Source of the DNA: Actinomycetota bacterium | GTDB taxonomy: Bacteria; Actinomycetota; Acidimicrobiia; Acidimicrobiales; Ilumatobacteraceae | Reading direction: 5' to 3' | Assembly: GCA_009704985.1 (NCBI GenBank) | Contig: WLDE01000002.1 | Coordinates: forward strand, 1,560 to 65,559 | DNA: 64,000 nt | Shown here: piece by piece, positions 8,610 to 15,651 of the stretch | Position numbering within the stretch: position 1 is the first letter of the stretch | How the letters are laid out: every line of letters begins with the position of its first letter | Position numbers and translations under genes: made by a program | Notes under the pieces: generated by a model | Databases searched by the model: none | The model's input: the letters and a program-made list of their open reading frames with translations, nothing else | Told to the model about the DNA's origin: nothing

Positions 8610-9077
8610 ATGAGGAGCGGAGTCCTGATCGCGAGTTCCGCGTTCGTGCTGATCTCTGCAGGGTGCGGAGAGCCATCCGCGACGGGAGCGTCCGAAGGAC
8701 CGCTGGAGTCGAGCATCGGGAGTGGGTCCATCTCGATCGAGTACAGCATCGACGTGGACGAGGCGGACCCGCTCTGCCGCACGGCGTCGATCGGATCCGT
8801 GGGGCCGTGGTACTCGTGCTCGGCGGACCTTGCGTGGGTGGGAGCCCTGGGTTCCGATTCCGTCGGCGACCGCTCCTTGGAGATCTACATCCTTCCGCTT
8901 GCCGCGCAGAACCCTCGTCTCGAGCCGAGCTATCCATCGAGACTTCTGGACAACTACTTGGTCATCGAGCGATCGCTCGACGAGCCGAGGGCATTCCTGC
9001 AGTACGAGATCCAAGGCGTGACGGTGGAGTGCGAGCTCAACGGCGTCTTCTCGGAGTGTCAGCAGATCACCCGATAG
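8610..9077 (+). CDS. Small lipoprotein of unknown function, atypically GC-poor
   Basis: Signal peptide plus lipobox (VLISAGC). Four further Cys residues. Many A/T-ending codons and a TAG stop. G+C is visibly lower than the flanks (judged by eye, not computed). No family recognised. Confidence 0.6.
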   Translation: MRSGVLIASSAFVLISAGCGEPSATGASEGPLESSIGSGSISIEYSIDVDEADPLCRTASIGSVGPWYSCSADLAWVGALGSDSVGDRSLEIYILPLAAQNPRLEPSYPSRLLDNYLVIERSLDEPRAFLQYEIQGVTVECELNGVFSECQQITR

Positions 9078-9197
9078 CCGAGCGGGGCGAGGTCTGTGCT
9101 TCTCCACGCCTCCAGCCCGCCCGGTCGCGAACGTGATGACGGCGGAGATCGCCTTCGCCTCATGAGGTCCGGCGGGATCGGTGAATGGAGTTCGGCG

Positions 9198-10088
9198 TCA
9201 GATGGCGCCGAGGTTGCGGCCGTGGCGCTTCTGGATGGCGTCGCCGATCAGGGTGAGCGACAGCACGGTCAGGAACAGCGCTCCGCCCGGGACGAGCACG
9301 GGGTAGAGGCTCTCGTCGAGCTTCGGCTTGCCGGCGGCGATCATCGCGCCCCACGTGGGCGTGGGTGGGGCGACCGACAGGTTCAGGTAGGCGAGGCCAC
9401 CCTCGGCCACCACCGCGCCGGCGATCGCGACGATCATCATCGACAGCAGCGTCGGCACCACGTTCGGGGCGATCTCGCGGCGCAACACCCGGGCGTTCGT
9501 CGCCCCGAGCGAGCGGGCCGCGAGCACGAACTCGCGGTTGGAGATGGTGAGCGTGAGCGCCCGCACGATGCGGATGGTGGGGCCGAGGTAGATCAGCGCG
9601 ATCGCCAGCACCACCACCAGGAACCCGCGGGAGTCGGTGAACGCCACGATCGACGCGGCGAGCAAGACGGTCGGGAACGCCATCAGCACGTCGGCGCCGA
9701 AGATGGACACCGTGTCCACCCGCCGCTTGAAGTAGCCCGCGGCGAGACCGATCACGCCACCGACGACGGCCGACAGCAGCACCGCGGCGACGCCGACGAC
9801 GATCGACACCCGTGCACCGAAGATCGTGCGCGACAGCAGGTCGCGTCCGAGCTGATCGGTGCCGAGCCAGTTCTGTCCCGTCGGGATGGACAGCGGGATG
9901 CCGGCGCGGGTGTCGGCCGGGTCGTACAGCGGCAGCACGTCGGCGAGCGCGGCGGCGAGGCACAGCAGGGTGAGCCAGGCCATCGACAGCCAGACGGCGA
10001 GGCCGAGCGGCTCGGGGTGGAGCACCCCGTCGTCGACCGGCGTCGCGTCCGACGCCGCCGTGCGGGTGCGTGAGACGGTGGCGGTCAT
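9198..10088 (-). CDS. Peptide/nickel ABC transporter permease (DppC/OppC-like)
   Basis: ATG at 10088 (MTATVSR) overlaps the upstream stop (ATGA). Typical BPD-transport signature (LAARSLGATNARVLRREIAPN). The tracked N-terminal extension to 10562 overlaps the preceding gene. Confidence 0.85.
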   Translation of the reverse strand: MTATVSRTRTAASDATPVDDGVLHPEPLGLAVWLSMAWLTLLCLAAALADVLPLYDPADTRAGIPLSIPTGQNWLGTDQLGRDLLSRTIFGARVSIVVGVAAVLLSAVVGGVIGLAAGYFKRRVDTVSIFGADVLMAFPTVLLAASIVAFTDSRGFLVVVLAIALIYLGPTIRIVRALTLTISNREFVLAARSLGATNARVLRREIAPNVVPTLLSMMIVAIAGAVVAEGGLAYLNLSVAPPTPTWGAMIAAGKPKLDESLYPVLVPGGALFLTVLSLTLIGDAIQKRHGRNLGAI

Positions 10089-11041
10089 GCGGGTCGCACC
10101 GCCGTCCGGATGCGCGGGTCGAGCACGCCGTGCAGCAGGTCGGCGACGAAGTTCACGAGCACGAAGCCCACCGTGAGCACCACCACGGCGCCCTGCAGCG
10201 CCATGAAGTCGCGGTTGTTGATCGCGTCGATGGTGTACCGGCCGAGGCCGGGCAGCGAGAAGATCGTCTCCACGAGCACCGTGCCGCCGATCATGCGGCC
10301 GACCGAGATGCCGGTGAGGGTGACGATGCCGATCGACGACGGGCGCAGCGCGTGGCGCAGCACGATCCGGCGGGTGCTGTTCCCCTTCGCCCGGGCGAAC
10401 CAGATGAAGTCCTGGTCGAAGGTGTTCACCAGGTCCGTGCGGAGCACCCGCGCGTACAGCGCGATCTGCTCGGCGGCGAGCGCGAGCGCCGGCAGCAGCA
10501 GCGACTTCAGGTTCAGCAGCGGGTTCTCGGTGAAGCGCACGTAGCCCGTGGTGTCGAACCATCCGAGCTGCACCGCGAACACCGCCATCAACCCGACGGC
10601 GACGAGGTAGCCCGGAGTGGCGAGCAGCGCGAGCTGGGTGCTGCTCAGCAGCTTGTCGAGGAGCGAGCCGGGACGCAGCGCACCGAAGATCGCCATCGGA
10701 ACCGCCACCGCGAGCGCGATCAGCTGCGACAGCACCACGAGCTGCAGCGTCACCCCGATGCGCTGGCCGATCGCCTCGGTGACCGGCTGACGGGTGCGGT
10801 ACGACGTGCCGAGATCGCCGGTCACGGCGTCGCCGACCCAGCGGGCGTACCGCACGGGCAGCGGGTCGTCGAGGCGGAGCTCCTCGCGCACGGCGGCACG
10901 GTCCTCCTCGGACGCGTTCGCGCCGAGCATCGCCGTGACGGTGTCGCCGGGCAGCAGGCTCACCATGCAGAAGGACGCGGCCGTGACCGCGAGCAGCACG
11001 GCCAGCAGCCGTGCCAGTCGCGACACGAGCACGCTGGTCAT
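10085..11041 (-). CDS. Peptide/nickel ABC transporter permease (DppB/OppB-like)
   Basis: 318-aa polytopic protein with an EAA-like loop (FARAKGNSTRRIVLRHALR). 4-nt overlaps with both neighbours. Confidence 0.85.
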   Translation of the reverse strand: MTSVLVSRLARLLAVLLAVTAASFCMVSLLPGDTVTAMLGANASEEDRAAVREELRLDDPLPVRYARWVGDAVTGDLGTSYRTRQPVTEAIGQRIGVTLQLVVLSQLIALAVAVPMAIFGALRPGSLLDKLLSSTQLALLATPGYLVAVGLMAVFAVQLGWFDTTGYVRFTENPLLNLKSLLLPALALAAEQIALYARVLRTDLVNTFDQDFIWFARAKGNSTRRIVLRHALRPSSIGIVTLTGISVGRMIGGTVLVETIFSLPGLGRYTIDAINNRDFMALQGAVVVLTVGFVLVNFVADLLHGVLDPRIRTAVRPA

Positions 11042-12753
11042 GCGGCGATCCAGACGTCCTTCAGGTAGAACCGGCCGCCGTTGATGGGCTGACCGGCGTC
11101 GCCGTCCGGCAGGGTGAAGTCGGCGATGCCGTTCACGCCGGCCTGCGTGATCACCCCGAACTGGTTGGTGCCGGTCCAGATGTACGGCACCTGCTCACCC
11201 AGGATCTGCTGCACGATCGCGTACTGCTCCTTGCGGGCCTCGGGATCGGCGAGCGCCCGTCCGGCGTCCATCGCGGCGTCGATCGCCGGGTCGGTGAAGT
11301 TCGAGAAGTTCAGCCCACCCGAGTGGAACTGGGTGTAGTCGGCGTCGGGGTCGCCGCCGCCGATGCCGCCCCACAGGATCACCTGGAAGTCGTCGTTCAG
11401 CACGGCGTCGATGTTCTCGCTCTGGGCACGGCTCACGATGTTCGCCTCCGCACCGATCTCGGCCCACATCGACTGGAACAGCTCCTGGTAGCTGGTGATG
11501 AACGGGTCCTGGCCGCCGGCGAACTCGAACGTCACCGGGCCGACCTCGGCCTCGTACTCCTCGATCAGCGCGGCTGCCGCGGCCGGGTCGTAGGCGGGGT
11601 AGTCGCTCTCGACGAACCAGAACGAACTCGACGCGTACGGGCCCGTGAGCGGTTGCTTCACGCCCGTCGCCTCGAGGTAGTCGTACAGGCGGGGGATGTC
11701 GACCGACATCGCCAGTGCCCGACGCACGCGGACGTCGTCGAGCGGCGCGTTGGCCGTGTTGAACATCACCACGTCGGGCTCGCTCGGCGCGCCGATGGTC
11801 ACCCCGACCTCGCCGGCCGCCTGCTGCTCGAAGTACTCGACGATCTCGCTGGAGCTGCCGGTGTAGTACACGTCGATGTCACCGGCGTCGAACGCGGCCT
11901 TGCGGGCGGTGGAGTCGGCGATCGGGCGGAACTCGATGCCGTCGAGGTACGGCGCCCCCAGCCAGTAGTCGTCGTTGCGCTCGACGATCAACCGGTCGTC
12001 GGGCACCCACTCCACGAACCGGAACGGACCCGTGCCGATCGGGTTGCGGCTGCCCTCGGGCGAGGCGAGCATCGCCGGTGCGGCCATGTAGCCCACCTGT
12101 GTGCCGATCACGCCGACGAGGGTGTTGGGGAACGTGCCCCACGGGCTGCTCATCGTGAGCTCCAGCGTGAGGTCGTCGACGACGGTCATCCTCGCCAGCA
12201 GCGACAGCTGGTCCTTGTACTGGGCGCTGTCGAGCACGGCCTGGAAGTTGAGCCGCACGGCCTCGGCGTCGAGCGGCTCGCCGTTGTGGAACGAGATGCC
12301 GTCGCGGAGCACGATCGTCCACACGGTCGCGTCGGTGTTGCCGGTGATCGACTCGGCCAGGAACGGCACCACCTTGCCGCTCGCGTCGTACACGGCGAGG
12401 GTGTCGAAGATCGCCTTGGCCACGTTGTGGCCGGCGTTGGTCCACGGGTCGAGATAGGGCGCGTACCCGGTGGACTCGCCCTCGATACCCACCCGCAGGG
12501 TGCCACCCGGCGTCGGCTCGGGTTCGGCAGCGGCGGTGGTGGTGGGCGCGTTGGTGAACACCGGCGCCGTGGACGGGGCGGCGGTCTCGTCGGGCGCGTC
12601 CGTGGCGTCGGTGGATCCGGCGTCGGTGGTGACGGGCGCGACCGTGGCGGTGGTGGCGTCGGACGGGTCGTTGCCCCCGCACGCGCCGGCGACCAGACCG
12701 GCGGTGGCGACGAGGGCGACGGCGACGAGTCGCCGGGTGGATCGGATCACCAT
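11038..12753 (-). CDS. ABC transporter substrate-binding lipoprotein, family 5 (peptide/nickel)
   Basis: ATG at 12753 is preceded by GGGGGAG. Lipobox LVAGAC is followed by a Thr/Ala/Pro linker and then an SBP_bac_5-like body (GGTLRVGIEGE...). Confidence 0.85.
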   Translation of the reverse strand: MVIRSTRRLVAVALVATAGLVAGACGGNDPSDATTATVAPVTTDAGSTDATDAPDETAAPSTAPVFTNAPTTTAAAEPEPTPGGTLRVGIEGESTGYAPYLDPWTNAGHNVAKAIFDTLAVYDASGKVVPFLAESITGNTDATVWTIVLRDGISFHNGEPLDAEAVRLNFQAVLDSAQYKDQLSLLARMTVVDDLTLELTMSSPWGTFPNTLVGVIGTQVGYMAAPAMLASPEGSRNPIGTGPFRFVEWVPDDRLIVERNDDYWLGAPYLDGIEFRPIADSTARKAAFDAGDIDVYYTGSSSEIVEYFEQQAAGEVGVTIGAPSEPDVVMFNTANAPLDDVRVRRALAMSVDIPRLYDYLEATGVKQPLTGPYASSSFWFVESDYPAYDPAAAAALIEEYEAEVGPVTFEFAGGQDPFITSYQELFQSMWAEIGAEANIVSRAQSENIDAVLNDDFQVILWGGIGGGDPDADYTQFHSGGLNFSNFTDPAIDAAMDAGRALADPEARKEQYAIVQQILGEQVPYIWTGTNQFGVITQAGVNGIADFTLPDGDAGQPINGGRFYLKDVWIAA

Positions 12754-12787
12754 GACAGCTCCCCCTGAGGTGTGATGACGGGCAGTA

Positions 12788-12805
12788 TTGCACGCCGTAC
12801 AAGAG
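12788..12805 (+). promoter_or_regulatory. Operator-like motif copy 1: TTGCACGCCGTACAAGAG (imperfect palindrome TTGCAC-N3-GTACAA)
   Basis: Lies 35-52 nt upstream of the SBP start codon. A near-identical copy is at 14324..14341 (17 of 18 identical, and the flanking AGT is shared too). Confidence 0.45.
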
Positions 12806-12829
12806 CGGTCGTGCGTGGGCGCGGATCGT

Positions 12830-14296
12830 TCACGGAGCCGCAACTCGCGTGGCGCGGATGATCTCGACGTCGCCCTCGTACACGTGCAGCGCGGCGACCC
12901 GGCCGTCGGGGCCGTCGACGGTGCGCGTCTCGAACGGGCCGGTCTGGTTGAACAGCACCCCGTCGGTGTCGCAGAACACCTCCTGCACACCGAAGCGCAG
13001 GCCGGGGATCTCGTTGAACAGGCGGCCGTCCTCGGCCCACACGCGCAGCAGCGGCAGCTCGATGCCGAGCTCGATGCGGTACTCGCCGACGTAGCGCTGC
13101 AGATCCGCCTCGGTGAAGGTGTGCAGTCGCTTCGGTGCCGGCATGTAGGCGGGCCAGTCGTACACGTCGGCGATGCCGTTCAGGATCTCGCGGAACAGGT
13201 AGATGCCGGAGACGGCGTTGGTGAGCACGACGGCGCCGTCGCCCGACTCGAGGTAGAGATTGGTCTCGCTCTGGTAGCCGTCGTTGGAGCCGCCGTGGTT
13301 GATCCGGGCGGTCGAGCCGTCGCCCATCACCTTCACGCCGAGGCCGAACACGCCGTGGCCGTGGCGGGTGGTCATCTCCTGGGCGAGCGATCTGCCGAGC
13401 ACGGCGCCGGGAACCCCGAGCCACGCGTCGCGGCACGCGAGCAGGAAGGTCGCGTAGTCGCGGGCGGTGCTGAACAGGCCGCCGGCGGCCATCTCGCTCG
13501 AGATCATCCAGTCGCCGGGGTGCGGGCGTCCGCCGTCGCCGTGGCCTGCGGCGACGTCGTCGCAAAGACGTGGTGTCAGCGGGTGCACGAACGAGCTGCG
13601 CGTCATGCCGAGCGGGGTGAGGAGGTGCTCGTCGGCGATCCGGTCGAACGTGGCGTCGAGGACGTCCTCGAGCACGAGCTGGGCGATCACGTAGCCGCCG
13701 CCCGAGTAGCGGTCCGTGCCGTCGTAGGGCTTGTCGACCAAGATCGGGGCGTTGCGTGCGGGTGGCCGCCCGGCGAGCAGGTCGAACACGTCGGCGACCG
13801 GTCGTCCGTCGTTCACGGTGGCGCCGAACCCGTTCACCGTCACGCCCGCGGTGTGGCTGAGGAGGTGGCGCAGCGTGACCGGCTGCTCGGCGGTGAACTC
13901 GTTCGGCGGCACGTGCCAGCGCCGCAGGTAGGTGTTCACGTCGGTGTCGAGGTCGAGCACACCCCGGTCCACCTGCTGCAGCACGAGCATCGCCGTGACC
14001 GGCTTGCTGCAGCTGGCCGCCATGAAGACCGTCTCCGGGCCGACCGGGTCGGGGCGGTCGGCGTGGCGCCGGCCGAACCCGTCCGCCCAGTCGATGCGGC
14101 CGTCGTGCATCACGGCGATGCCGACGCCGGGACAGGCGTGGTGGTGCATGCGCTCGGTGAGCGTGGAGCGCAGCGGCCGGTCTGCGATCCGCATGATCGG
14201 CAGGAGGCCGTGGAGCACCGCGCTGCGGCGGGCGTCGATGTCGGCGCTCGTCCGGTTCTCGTCCACCTGCTCCTCGTCCACCAGCTCCTCGTCCAC
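12830..14296 (-). CDS. Serine hydrolase, beta-lactamase fold with C-terminal extra domain (S12-like), paralogue of 3052..4446
   Basis: SxxK appears as MAASCSKPV. It shares the exact block TAEQPVTLRHLLSHTAG with 3052..4446. GTG 14296 is preceded by GGGGAGGG. Confidence 0.8.
   Translation of the reverse strand: MDEELVDEEQVDENRTSADIDARRSAVLHGLLPIMRIADRPLRSTLTERMHHHACPGVGIAVMHDGRIDWADGFGRRHADRPDPVGPETVFMAASCSKPVTAMLVLQQVDRGVLDLDTDVNTYLRRWHVPPNEFTAEQPVTLRHLLSHTAGVTVNGFGATVNDGRPVADVFDLLAGRPPARNAPILVDKPYDGTDRYSGGGYVIAQLVLEDVLDATFDRIADEHLLTPLGMTRSSFVHPLTPRLCDDVAAGHGDGGRPHPGDWMISSEMAAGGLFSTARDYATFLLACRDAWLGVPGAVLGRSLAQEMTTRHGHGVFGLGVKVMGDGSTARINHGGSNDGYQSETNLYLESGDGAVVLTNAVSGIYLFREILNGIADVYDWPAYMPAPKRLHTFTEADLQRYVGEYRIELGIELPLLRVWAEDGRLFNEIPGLRFGVQEVFCDTDGVLFNQTGPFETRTVDGPDGRVAALHVYEGDVEIIRATRVAAP
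14258..14296 (-). repeat. 15-nt tandem repeat at the 5-prime end of the CDS (GTGGACGAGGAGCTG / GTGGACGAGGAGCAG / GTGGACGAG)
   Basis: Read directly. It encodes VDEEL-VDEEQ-VDE, and each unit begins with an in-frame GTG. Confidence 0.75.
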
Positions 14297-14323
14297 CGTC
14301 CCTCCCCGGTCGTCGCGCTAGTG

Positions 14324-14341
14324 TTGCACACCGTACAAGAG
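14324..14341 (+). promoter_or_regulatory. Operator-like motif copy 2: TTGCACACCGTACAAGAG
   Basis: Lies in the 62-bp divergent region between the 14296 (minus) and 14359 (plus) starts. Matches 12788..12805. Confidence 0.45.
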
Positions 14342-14358
14342 AACGGGGGACCCCAGCG

Positions 14359-15651
14359 ATGCTCGACCTCGACGTGATCCGTGCCGAGTTCCCGGCGCTC
14401 GCGCTCACCCACGACGACGGGCCGCGCACCTACCTCGACAACCCTGCGGGCACCCAGGTGCCGCGGCGGGTGCTCGAGCGGATGACCGAGGCCCTCGTGG
14501 AGTGGAACGCCAACATGCACGGCAACTTCCGCACCTCCGTGCGCGCCACCGAGATGTCCCGTCAGGCCCACCTCGCGATGGCCGACTTCTACCACGCCCG
14601 CTCCGAGCGCGAGATCGTGTTCGGACCGAACATGACGACGCTCACGTTCACGATGGCGCGTGCGCTCGCGGGTCGCTTCCGCGAGGGTGACGAGATCATC
14701 ACCACGCACATGGAGCACGAGGGCAACAACTCGCCGTGGCGGATCATGGCGGCCGAGCGGGGGCTGGTGGTGCACACCGTGCCGTTCGACCGCCACACCT
14801 ACGAGCTCGACCTCGACGTGTTCGACGCCCTGGTCACGGAGCGCACGCGCTTCGCCGCGATCAACGTCGCGAGCAACCTGCTCGGCACGATCAACCCGGT
14901 CGAGCACATGGTGCGCCGGCTCCGCGAGGTGGGGGCGATCACCTATCTCGACGCCGTCCAGTACGCGCCGCACGGCCCGATCGACGTGCAGGCGCTCGGC
15001 TGCGACTTCCTGGTCGCCTCCGCCTACAAGTTCTACGGGCCGCACCAGGGCGTGCTGTACGGACGCGAGGAGCTGCTCGCCGAGCTCCCGGTGTCCAAGC
15101 TGCGCAACGTCCCCGACGTCGCGCCCGACCGGTGGGAGACCGGCTGCCAGTCGCTCGAGGGTCAGGCGGGCACGATCGGCGCGGTGGAGTACCTGCAGTG
15201 GGTGGGGCGCACGATGGGCCAGGAGTTCCGCGCCGACGACGGCGAGCTGCCCGAGCGCACCGTCGAGGTGCACGCCGCGCTGCGGGCGATGGTGGCCCAC
15301 GAGGAGGTGCTCGCAGCGCGCCTGATCGCCGGGTTGCAGCAGGTGACCGGGGTGCGCGTCCACGGCATCACCGACCCGGCCGCGTTCCACCGACGTGTGC
15401 CCACGGTGTCGTTCACGGTCGACGGACCGGCGCCCGTCGACCCCGCCGAGGTGGCCCGCTTCCTCGACCGCCACGGCGTGTACGTGTGGAACGGCCACTC
15501 GTACGCGGTGCCCGTCGTCGAGTGGCTCGGGTTGCTGTCGAGGGGCGGCGTCGTGCGCGTGGGTCCCACGCACTACAACACGGTCGAGGAGATCGACCGG
15601 TGCGTGTCGCTCGTCGACGAGTTCGTCTCCCGCCACCGGACCGCGGCGTGA
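14359..15651 (+). CDS. Class V aminotransferase, cysteine desulfurase-like family protein
   Basis: 430-aa ORF with a PLP-fold pattern (ITTHMEHEGNNSPW, DAVQYAPHGPIDV, LVASAYKFYGPHQG with the Lys for PLP). Confidence 0.8.
   Translation: MLDLDVIRAEFPALALTHDDGPRTYLDNPAGTQVPRRVLERMTEALVEWNANMHGNFRTSVRATEMSRQAHLAMADFYHARSEREIVFGPNMTTLTFTMARALAGRFREGDEIITTHMEHEGNNSPWRIMAAERGLVVHTVPFDRHTYELDLDVFDALVTERTRFAAINVASNLLGTINPVEHMVRRLREVGAITYLDAVQYAPHGPIDVQALGCDFLVASAYKFYGPHQGVLYGREELLAELPVSKLRNVPDVAPDRWETGCQSLEGQAGTIGAVEYLQWVGRTMGQEFRADDGELPERTVEVHAALRAMVAHEEVLAARLIAGLQQVTGVRVHGITDPAAFHRRVPTVSFTVDGPAPVDPAEVARFLDRHGVYVWNGHSYAVPVVEWLGLLSRGGVVRVGPTHYNTVEEIDRCVSLVDEFVSRHRTAA

Noticed and set aside
9096-10073. 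The plus-strand 325-aa ORF opposite the ABC permease, which could have been taken as the missing transporter component.
   Set aside because: The translation is Arg/His/Asp/Gly-rich with no Walker motifs, and it lies antisense to a well-supported permease gene.
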